From a virus (Duplodnaviria > Caudoviricetes): a stretch of DNA of 64,000 nucleotides. The notes under the pieces are model-generated. The model was not told the DNA's origin. It worked only from the letters and a program-made list of their open reading frames with translations, and made no database searches. The stretch spans positions 46,041 to 110,040 of the IMG/VR virus record IMGVR_UViG_3300027563_000002; one strand, 5' to 3'. This document shows positions 29,174 through 37,213 of this stretch, piece by piece. Both the position numbers and the translations under genes were made by a program. Position 1 is the first letter of the stretch; the number at the start of each line of letters is the position of its first letter.

Positions 29174-29990
29174 CTATATCAAAGTGATGCCCGTCACGTG
29201 CTCGATCCAGATATTCCACTCTGATGACATCAGCTAGATACTTGGGATTTTGCTGTAGTATGGTGTAGAATTCCAACAGTTGGTCTATATCTATACCATG
29301 CAGTGTGCGCAGTTCAGCCGCAATAGCAGAAGACAAATCTTGGAATTCTTCAAGAGTTGGCGGCAACAACTGTGGCCAACTGGGATCACGTATTCTTTTC
29401 CAAGCAGCGTCATCAAATGATGTAACAAAGTTGGGAATCACAAGTTCTATTATATTCGAACTGGCACAGTATACGCGAACTTGTTTTCTACAGGAATAAA
29501 AATTTTCAAAATCTTGGAGCATGGTTGATCGGACAAAATGCAATCGTCGATTCAGGTCAGACTGGTTACGGTTGACATTTTCTCTACGATGCGGATAACT
29601 CCACATCAGTACCATGTTGCGTGGTTGTGCCAGGTCATATGCATCACATGCCTGGCGAGCCATCCATTCATTGCTGGCTCCGTCCATGCTTACGTTGATC
29701 ACACGACGCTGACTGTGTTGGCTCAGTACCTGGGACCAGGTGTGCTCAACACAACTGCCAAGGCCCACAGTGAAGCTGTCGCCAATGCACCACACAGCTG
29801 AATTCAAATCCTGAGGCCATTCCTGATCTCGAAATCCTCGGCTGTTGTAGTTGTAATTCACAGGGTGCGGCCATTGACGAAATAAATTTTTGTCCAGGCA
29901 CCTATTAAGACTGTCTATGCCAGAATTAGTAGACTGCTGGTTGACCAATTTTGATATTATTAACTTGCTGATCTCTAATTTGTTATTCAA
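29127..29990 (-). CDS. SGNH/GDSL hydrolase-like protein
   Basis: IGDSFT, GASN, DGHH. Confidence 0.7.
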   Translation of the reverse strand: MNNKLEISKLIISKLVNQQSTNSGIDSLNRCLDKNLFRQWPHPVNYNYNSRGFRDQEWPQDLNSAVWCIGDSFTVGLGSCVEHTWSQVLSQHSQRRVINVSMDGASNEWMARQACDAYDLAQPRNMVLMWSYPHRRENVNRNQSDLNRRLHFVRSTMLQDFENFYSCRKQVRVYCASSNIIELVIPNFVTSFDDAAWKRIRDPSWPQLLPPTLEEFQDLSSAIAAELRTLHGIDIDQLLEFYTILQQNPKYLADVIRVEYLDRARDGHHFDIVTADWVAKQVQNLLN

Positions 29991-30792
29991 GGCCTAGGCT
30001 TTTTCTTATATTGGTCGCAGAGATATTGGTAATGGCTTGATCAAATGATTCCTGCTCAATCTTGTAACCTACGTCTCGACCATATGTGATGTTGACAATG
30101 TTGGGCACCACTTGAATTTCGTACTGTCCTTGATACATCATGTCTAGATCTCTGCGTATATAATTCTTTACTTGATCAATGGCAAATGGATTTGATCCTT
30201 GCCAGCCCTGACAGTCTCTGATTTGTATCACAACTTGTCCGGTTTTGGCAATAGCACGTTCAAATAACGCACGATGGCCCGCATGCCAGGGCTGCCAGCG
30301 GCCCAGCATTTGCACAGTTTCCCGCTGCCAGTCAAACACAGGCCTACGACGATTGTCTAGAATATGCGCAGCAATGAATTCTCCCCATTTTTCACCATGT
30401 TGTTCGGTGATTCTAAAGTCGTAGACTTCGGGAGCAACAAAGGCCCGATTTGTGTCCTCGTAGCGGCCACGGTCAATGGTGTCAACCCATATGGTCCAGT
30501 CGGCTTTGAAGTTGTTGCGCATTTCTACCAAGGGTGCCACAAAGTCACAGATCACATAGTCTGTGTCTGTCATTGCATCTGCTAGACTACGCATACGCAC
30601 ACTTTGACGAATACGCCCGGCGTCGCTGAAATCCCAGTCGTTATGCTCTTTACGCACATCGTCGGCATTGAGCCAGCGCACACGTTTCTTTTCGGCCTGC
30701 AAGTGCTCGAGTATCTGCTGTGCCAGATAAGTTTTGCCTGCACCGGGCAAGCCCATGATCAAAATACGTTGTGTGATTTTTGTGTTACTCAT
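29983..30792 (-). CDS. cysC: Adenylyl-sulfate kinase-like domain fused to HxGH nucleotidyltransferase domain
   Basis: GLPGAGKT, NADDVR, DFSDAGR, FVAP; C-terminal GRWQPWHAGH and ISATNIR. Confidence 0.75.
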   Translation of the reverse strand: MSNTKITQRILIMGLPGAGKTYLAQQILEHLQAEKKRVRWLNADDVRKEHNDWDFSDAGRIRQSVRMRSLADAMTDTDYVICDFVAPLVEMRNNFKADWTIWVDTIDRGRYEDTNRAFVAPEVYDFRITEQHGEKWGEFIAAHILDNRRRPVFDWQRETVQMLGRWQPWHAGHRALFERAIAKTGQVVIQIRDCQGWQGSNPFAIDQVKNYIRRDLDMMYQGQYEIQVVPNIVNITYGRDVGYKIEQESFDQAITNISATNIRKSLGLE

Positions 30793-30795
30793 AAT

Positions 30796-31596
30796 TCAAA
30801 TATTGATGCCAATTTTTTCCAACAATTCTGTGGGGTGCAACTTTTTCCAATGGTTTATCAAATCTAGTTGTGGTTTATTTATGGGAGGAATACCCAGTAT
30901 ATCCACCAATGTGTTGCCATTGCTGTTGACCAAGTCTTGAAGTTTGATCACTGCATCAGCATGGTGTAAAAGTGGTAACATAGCTTGATCTACCAAGGTG
31001 TTTTTGTATAATCCAGCGCCAAAAGGCACTCCGTCCAAGTAGTCAGACAACAGTTTTAATATATCTTGCGTGTACTCTGACTCAAGAATTTCTTTATAAA
31101 TTGGAGCGGGCAGCTGGTGTAGACGCCTTGGACTCACACGAGATGGCCAACCGGAACTCCTTATACCACAGTAATGCATGTTCCATCGGTCAACCAGGTT
31201 TCCATATGATCTTCTTATAAAATTATGTTTGGGATAATTCTGCCACCACAATGATTTTTTATAAAATGCCAAGTCAGCTTGACTGTGGATGTCTGTATAT
31301 AATATTAAACTTTTTGCATGGCATTGAGTAAAAAGAAAATTATTTTCCAATCCCGGATTACAAAAAAAATAAAGACGACCAGCTTGAGTGTCAGCAGATA
31401 ATGTCCGTGAGTTGTTGGGACATGTTTCGGATTTTTTCCAATCACTGTGATTTTTTATATCCCATTGACTGTTGATTATATTTTGCAAAGAATCATCAGA
31501 ATCAAAGGCTGTGTAGAATTTGCCCGACAGTAACAACAGGTGCAGCAATAAAAATCCACCAGACCCACCACTGTAACCAATTTTTATATCTTGCAT
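30796..31596 (-). CDS. AT-rich hypothetical protein
   Basis: 266 aa, N-terminal GGSGG. Confidence 0.55.
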   Translation of the reverse strand: MQDIKIGYSGGSGGFLLLHLLLLSGKFYTAFDSDDSLQNIINSQWDIKNHSDWKKSETCPNNSRTLSADTQAGRLYFFCNPGLENNFLFTQCHAKSLILYTDIHSQADLAFYKKSLWWQNYPKHNFIRRSYGNLVDRWNMHYCGIRSSGWPSRVSPRRLHQLPAPIYKEILESEYTQDILKLLSDYLDGVPFGAGLYKNTLVDQAMLPLLHHADAVIKLQDLVNSNGNTLVDILGIPPINKPQLDLINHWKKLHPTELLEKIGINI

Positions 31597-31608
31597 TTTA
31601 TTTTGAAT

Positions 31609-32268
31609 TTACAGCGGTAAATGTGCCAAAAAGTCATTTGTTTTGGCAGTGACAACACCAGTAAGCTGTAGTGTGACTCTGGCATGATGTCCAGCATTGG
31701 CCGTGCAGTGCGGAATATTGCGCCAGTCAAATGTGGTCACTGAGCCGGCACGCCATTGATTCCAGTGGTGGTTACCATATTCCCAAAACTGTCCTGGCTG
31801 CCAGTCTGTGAGCTGGACGAAAATTCTCATCACACTCTCAGGCGCATCAGGCGCCCATTTGTACAACTTGTCAATGTGCAGATTCCACACCTGTCCTGGA
31901 CGTTGCACATGTATGCGATTCATGCAATCCTCAAGGCCAAATGCGTCACTGATGGCCTGCAGTCGTGGTCCCAGGCGCCAGGACAAGTCTGTAATGACCA
32001 CCTTGGGGTCAACACCCACACGCTCGAGATCATATTCTTCTTCGGCTAATTCGGGTCTGGGAATATACATGCCTTCGCCTTTGAAACCGCGTGTTTCCCA
32101 GGTGGCCGGCTGCGATTCAGACAAAATCTGTTGTAGTTCATCTTGCCAATCAGGCTCAATGTGTCCCAATAAAATAATCACATCATCCCGAGCATCGACC
32201 TGGGCAGGATCAAAATGATAGGTGCTGTTGGCACGTAGTCGATCCCAACTGCTAGATTTTTGTGTCAT
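31609..32268 (-). CDS. Fe(II)/2OG-type cupin oxygenase-like protein
   Basis: HID...H (PHCTAN)...RVTL. Confidence 0.65.
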   Translation of the reverse strand: MTQKSSSWDRLRANSTYHFDPAQVDARDDVIILLGHIEPDWQDELQQILSESQPATWETRGFKGEGMYIPRPELAEEEYDLERVGVDPKVVITDLSWRLGPRLQAISDAFGLEDCMNRIHVQRPGQVWNLHIDKLYKWAPDAPESVMRIFVQLTDWQPGQFWEYGNHHWNQWRAGSVTTFDWRNIPHCTANAGHHARVTLQLTGVVTAKTNDFLAHLPL

Positions 32269-32885
32269 ATTACTGTTACCCTCACGTCTGATTGGCCATA
32301 GTTTTGATAATAATCAACTGGTGGTTTGATATTTAACGTTTTGGCCAACATCACATTGTCCAAAGGATTACAACCAGCTGAGTTCATCATGGCCTTGACA
32401 AGATTTTGATTTTGTTGTTTGATACGTTGAGCCATCACACGTAAATTTTGATAGTACTGTGCATAGTCGGGATAGGTAATGTCAAAGTGTCCGCACTTGA
32501 CCCACCAGCCCAGACAAGCATCGTCGCCACGATGCACCAACACAATGGGTGCATCAGGCCAGGTTCTACGTAAAAAATCCAGATGATCGCAAAATACATG
32601 ACTTTTCACAATACGAATTCCCTGGCCCTGAGAATCAAAAGGTTGATCAAACAGTTGTTCCAGTTGTTCTTTGCTGAGTGTGGTGATATCCTCAGGCAAG
32701 TGCGACTCCATGCCAGGGTCAAAATACGCACCCAGGTGCATGAGATCCATGTCACCGCCAGCATCATGATAATAGGTCCATTCATCTCTGTAGTCTGAAC
32801 GATCAATGTCAGGACTGTAGTAGATGTTTTTGACCACACTGCTCCATTTTGAGCCCGGGGCACCGGCTACGAATATGTATTTCAT
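32265..32885 (-). CDS. P-loop/sulfotransferase-like protein
   Basis: FVAGAPGSKWS, IVKSH, VLVHR. Confidence 0.5.
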   Translation of the reverse strand: MKYIFVAGAPGSKWSSVVKNIYYSPDIDRSDYRDEWTYYHDAGGDMDLMHLGAYFDPGMESHLPEDITTLSKEQLEQLFDQPFDSQGQGIRIVKSHVFCDHLDFLRRTWPDAPIVLVHRGDDACLGWWVKCGHFDITYPDYAQYYQNLRVMAQRIKQQNQNLVKAMMNSAGCNPLDNVMLAKTLNIKPPVDYYQNYGQSDVRVTVI

Positions 32886-33457
32886 AATGAGTTTATCAAG
32901 TCTAGAATGTAGGGTCTTGTGTGGGTATTTACAGCACGTTCTGGATGCCATCCTATGCCCAGTTGGCGATTTGCTTTATGTATCACCAATTCCGCAATGC
33001 CAGCAGAATCTTGTTGTAATACTTCGAATCCTGATGCAAGTCGATCTATGCATATGGTGTGATGACACGTGACTTCAAATGCTGGCAATTGTATGCGTAC
33101 ATTATCATAAGGTTGATCCATCAACCTCACAGTGCCGCCGGATTCTAAGTTTAAAAAGTGGCTGCCTCTACAGATACCAATCAACGGAGTGCGCGATATC
33201 AAACATTGCCGAATCAACCGATGTTCAAACTCATCACGCAAGGGATACACATTGTTACGCCAGGTGTTGAACTTGACTGTGTCATTTCCACCAGTTAACA
33301 CAATCAAATCAAATTCGTCTGTATTGGGCTCTTGACCATGACATGATAGTGGAACAATTTCGCGTCCAGCAAACAAGTCATACCATTCGTGATTTAAGGC
33401 CGCATGCCACGTATCACGTAGCACACGGGTCATTTCCATGCTGATACCTATTTTCAT
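32882..33457 (-). CDS. Class I glutamine amidotransferase (peptidase C26/PuuD-like)
   Basis: LTGGND, GICRG, WHPE triad. Confidence 0.85.
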   Translation of the reverse strand: MKIGISMEMTRVLRDTWHAALNHEWYDLFAGREIVPLSCHGQEPNTDEFDLIVLTGGNDTVKFNTWRNNVYPLRDEFEHRLIRQCLISRTPLIGICRGSHFLNLESGGTVRLMDQPYDNVRIQLPAFEVTCHHTICIDRLASGFEVLQQDSAGIAELVIHKANRQLGIGWHPERAVNTHTRPYILDLINSL

Positions 33458-34413
33458 TCAGGCTTGATTTTTATTGCAAAGGGCTGCCATTGTTGACGCA
33501 ATTTTGTCATGGCAGCACGAATGCCTTGCGGGGTGTGCTCGTCTGGGCTGATAAAAATAAAGTGTTTGGCAAACTGTTCTTTGGCTTCTTTGCTACGAAT
33601 TGCACTCACAAACTCTCGATGATACCAGTCTTGCACATCTTGTGGTGTGCCTTTGGGCAACATCAAGTTCCAGCAAGCATATACATTCAAGCCAGGCACA
33701 TGGTCCTTCATTAGAGGAGTGTTTTCTAATCCAGCAATGGGAACTTCGCTGGCCAAGCCAATTAATTTTAGTTTGCCTGCCTGTACCATTGGTGCGCCCA
33801 CTGCAATAGGGAACACACCAAACTCCTGGTGTTGGCCCATCACATCGATCATTGCCTGCGCTGGTCCCTTGTACATACTAGTTTCTACTGTGTCTTTGGC
33901 AGGTTTTACTCCTGCAACAAAGTATTCAACTGCTAACTTATGTGCTGCTCCGCCCACTGCAAATGAAATGGGACGCTGACCGGCCCGCACTTCTGCTATC
34001 AATTTCTGCGGTGTGTCAATATTGCTGGATGTCCTGGCATAGAATGCCAATGGTGCTTTGCCTATGTTGGCAACACCTTCCCAATCCATTGCGTTGAATT
34101 TAACACTGTTGGCATACCAAATTTCTGCTGTGACAAATGTTGATTGACATGAGGGCATGCCCGCATGATGGCCGTCGGCTGGCAGTTTATCAAAGTGATT
34201 CATGCCAATGTTGCCGTCGGCCCCGGGCTTGTATTCTGGGTGCCATTTAAATGATGGATTCTTTTCTTCTACAATTTTTGCTACAATGCGAAATGCTATT
34301 TCATTTCCTGCGCCCGGTGCGTTCGGAAACACAACAGTTACAGATTTTGTTGGTTGCCATGCCGATGCTGACAAAGTGAATAATGTGAGTAGTACGCCTA
34401 ATATTTTTTTCAT
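33454..34413 (-). CDS. Bug/TctC tripartite tricarboxylate transporter substrate-binding protein
   Basis: Signal peptide, WQPTKSVTVVFP..PG, KPGADG.IG, YKG, PKGTP. Confidence 0.88.
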   Translation of the reverse strand: MKKILGVLLTLFTLSASAWQPTKSVTVVFPNAPGAGNEIAFRIVAKIVEEKNPSFKWHPEYKPGADGNIGMNHFDKLPADGHHAGMPSCQSTFVTAEIWYANSVKFNAMDWEGVANIGKAPLAFYARTSSNIDTPQKLIAEVRAGQRPISFAVGGAAHKLAVEYFVAGVKPAKDTVETSMYKGPAQAMIDVMGQHQEFGVFPIAVGAPMVQAGKLKLIGLASEVPIAGLENTPLMKDHVPGLNVYACWNLMLPKGTPQDVQDWYHREFVSAIRSKEAKEQFAKHFIFISPDEHTPQGIRAAMTKLRQQWQPFAIKIKPE

Positions 34414-34429
34414 CTAATCCTCGTGTGTT

Positions 34430-34454
34430 AAAAAAGGGGAGTGATCGGCTCCCC
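34430..34454 (-). terminator. Rho-independent terminator
   Basis: GGGGAG-CCGATCA-CTCCCC followed by a T run, downstream of the ferritin-like gene. Confidence 0.7.
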
Positions 34455-34461
34455 GTACAAA

Positions 34462-35160
34462 TTACCAACCGTATGCGTCAGCCACTAGTTCTTTACCAGC
34501 AGCGGCAGTGGTAGTGTTCCGGCATGAAATTTCATACAAGTCTCGACGCATTGCAACAACCAGTGTTTCAATGCGAGCTTGCTCTTCAGAAGACTCAACC
34601 AACTTGGCCAAGCTACGAGCACCGATGTTGCTGTGGAAACCTTCGTCTCGGGCAATCTTGCGATATGCGCCAGAGATGAATGAGTCTTCGATGCAGTCAG
34701 CCATGGTGTTCCAAACAGCTTCAGCACGGCCTTCAGCAACCAATTGATAAGCGGCCAATGCAGCAGCGTCGTCCTGTGCGTCATACTTGGCCAACAGACC
34801 AGCACCTTTGGCTGTGGGTCGGGCAGCTTCTTTTGCAATAGCAGCTTCAACATCAACTGGTGAGCCTTGGATGTGTTCAATGACTTCTTTTACCAAACGG
34901 AAGTGAACTGCTTCGTCGTGTGCTTGTTGTGTCAACAACTGTAGCTCAACTGGATCAGCGTCTGCTGGCATGTCGGCGATGGCACGGCTGATTTCAACCA
35001 TGTTCATGCGCTCATTGACCATACGGCCAATAAAGTGATCAACCAATTCTGATTGAGCAGGTTTAGAATCAAAGTATGCTTTCACATTGTGTTGGCTGGC
35101 TTTGAATAGGGCTTGGTTGTCTTGAACCAATTTTTCTACAAACTGTTTTCCTGTAAGCAT
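34462..35160 (-). CDS. Ferritin-like diiron protein
   Basis: E...DEAVH...E...DEGFH paired ExxH motifs. Confidence 0.8.
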   Translation of the reverse strand: MLTGKQFVEKLVQDNQALFKASQHNVKAYFDSKPAQSELVDHFIGRMVNERMNMVEISRAIADMPADADPVELQLLTQQAHDEAVHFRLVKEVIEHIQGSPVDVEAAIAKEAARPTAKGAGLLAKYDAQDDAAALAAYQLVAEGRAEAVWNTMADCIEDSFISGAYRKIARDEGFHSNIGARSLAKLVESSEEQARIETLVVAMRRDLYEISCRNTTTAAAGKELVADAYGW

Positions 35161-35254
35161 GTGGTCTCCTTGGATATATACTTAACTAAAAACAAAGGAA
35201 GCTGCAAATTTTTGCTTTCTTTGTAAAATTATTTATCTAAAATGGAATTTTTTA

Positions 35255-35983
35255 ATGAACACCAAAATTTTTAATCTAATCTGCAAAAATTTGCAGGACT
35301 CTTTTAATTTACCCAAGTACGCCAACATCCAAATCGATGCTGATACTCGGGTACAGGACCTGCCCTGGACTCCTGCAAGATATCGAAAATTCAAAGACGC
35401 TGTAGACAACGAACTGAGTCTGCCTTGTGATTATGTGGGCACTGTACAAGACATTGTGGCAGATTTGAGCGAGCGTTACACCCATCGTTTCTTTGCTGAA
35501 ATGTGGAAGCCCAGAACAGGGGATTATGACTACACTGGTTGGACTCTGGTAGACGAAGTCAATGCTCTCAATCCTGACTCTGTGCTAGATGTGGGCTGTG
35601 GATATCATCCTTTCAAGGGTCGCATACACAATCTTGTGGGCATAGATCCTTACAATAACTGCGCAGATTATGAAGTAGACATCTTGGATTACAAAGTGCG
35701 AGCCCAATCTCATGATGTGATCTTGGCTCTGGGATCAATCAATTTCAACTCACGTGACGAGATTGAACAGCGTTTTGCTCACTGTGTGGGACTGTTAAAG
35801 ACTGGAGGCAAGTTTTATCTACGTGCCAATCCAGGGATTGCACATCGCAGCGGTCCTTATGTGGATGTGTTTGCGTGGAGTTTTGAAGTTGTGAACCAGT
35901 TTGCAGAAATATACAACCTACGCCTGGACACTTTCAAACAAGATACCAATGATCGCTTGTATTTTGTCTATACCAAGTTGTAA
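35255..35983 (+). CDS. Class I SAM methyltransferase with ACP-like N-terminal domain
   Basis: VLDVGCG, GID, LLKTGG. Confidence 0.8.
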   Translation: MNTKIFNLICKNLQDSFNLPKYANIQIDADTRVQDLPWTPARYRKFKDAVDNELSLPCDYVGTVQDIVADLSERYTHRFFAEMWKPRTGDYDYTGWTLVDEVNALNPDSVLDVGCGYHPFKGRIHNLVGIDPYNNCADYEVDILDYKVRAQSHDVILALGSINFNSRDEIEQRFAHCVGLLKTGGKFYLRANPGIAHRSGPYVDVFAWSFEVVNQFAEIYNLRLDTFKQDTNDRLYFVYTKL

Positions 35984-36621
35984 CTGCTGATCAATTCAAA
36001 AGCGGCTTGATGCGCAGTTTCCAAGGGATGCTGGCCTGGATCGCTGATGGCAAAACAATTTTGGCGGCACCATTCAAGAAAATTTTTGTTGTCAAATGTG
36101 ACCACATGTGGCTGAATGTGAGTTTGCAACAATTCTATAGCTGAATTGTAATGATAGCATTTTTCAAACAACAAATCATCCAAGCATGTGATGATCATGC
36201 GATGACCGCCAGATATCACAGCATCTATCACGGATTTTATTGTGATCAAATCAGTCAGTTTGTCTAGATATTGTGAATGAAAATGCTTGTAGTAGTAGGC
36301 AGCTTCGCTAGACGTATCTGTGGGACAAACGGTTTTCCAATGTCCTGAAAATCTGCCTTCTCGGTCATAATCAAACCTGTCCATGTAGGTCCAATTGATC
36401 ACGTACACGTTTGGTGCCTGATCGTGACCCACTTGTTGCAGCACCGACTCGGCAATGCGCAGGTTGCCGATGCCAGGAAATGCATGACACTGATACTCCA
36501 GACCATGATGCTGGGCCAACAAGCTGGGCCAGGTGTGTTGGCTGTGTTGATTTACAAATTCACCAGCGTCTGGTAAATCACTGCCAAAGGTAAAACTACA
36601 ACCAAAACTTTTTAACATCAT
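35968..36621 (-). CDS. SGNH-like protein
   Basis: FGCSFT, GIGN, QHP. Confidence 0.6.
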   Translation of the reverse strand: MMLKSFGCSFTFGSDLPDAGEFVNQHSQHTWPSLLAQHHGLEYQCHAFPGIGNLRIAESVLQQVGHDQAPNVYVINWTYMDRFDYDREGRFSGHWKTVCPTDTSSEAAYYYKHFHSQYLDKLTDLITIKSVIDAVISGGHRMIITCLDDLLFEKCYHYNSAIELLQTHIQPHVVTFDNKNFLEWCRQNCFAISDPGQHPLETAHQAAFELISSYNLV

Positions 36622-36652
36622 GCAGATATGTATCTGCTGCGGCCTGCGGAGA

Positions 36653-37213
36653 TTATTTTCCTGCTACTGCCAGGCCGGCGCCTTTGTTGAAACTGGGGCT
36701 CCAGGAATTGGCTTGGCGTAGGCCTTTCCTCTTGCTCCACTCATATCCGGCTCGGTGTCCCGAACAGTCTTTGGTGCATTCGGATCCTAAGAAGCTGAGT
36801 TCTCTCAGCTGATCGCGTGTCCACTTGTCAGGAATCACGCCGTGTTTGGCCACGAACTTGTCATGCAATTGCCGGCCGGTAATGCCGTGGTCACGAGCAA
36901 TGGTCTGCATCATGTGATCAATTGCACTGTAGCTTTTGGGATTGTCAAGATCTTTTTCCAAATCTTCCACTGCACCTTCCGCCACTGTGTTTGTTTTGAC
37001 TTTTTTGCCTTGTACCGCAGTGGTCCGGTTGGGTTCATCTGCGCTGTCTGGTCTGGCACTGGGCATGAACTGATTTATGGTTTTTTGAGTGAGTGGTCCC
37101 AGCACACCATCAACGTCTAAATTTGCGTTGAATCGGTCATTCAACATTTTCTGTATGCGGCGAATCGATTGTTTTTTATCGTCACCTTCCGCAACAAACT
37201 CTTGTGCTCTCAT
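36653..37213 (-). CDS. Putative head-internal modular protein with peptidoglycan-binding-like module
   Basis: MRAQEFVAE; IQKML..LDVDGVLGPLT; TVAE and LRE junctions. Confidence 0.7.
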   Translation of the reverse strand: MRAQEFVAEGDDKKQSIRRIQKMLNDRFNANLDVDGVLGPLTQKTINQFMPSARPDSADEPNRTTAVQGKKVKTNTVAEGAVEDLEKDLDNPKSYSAIDHMMQTIARDHGITGRQLHDKFVAKHGVIPDKWTRDQLRELSFLGSECTKDCSGHRAGYEWSKRKGLRQANSWSPSFNKGAGLAVAGK

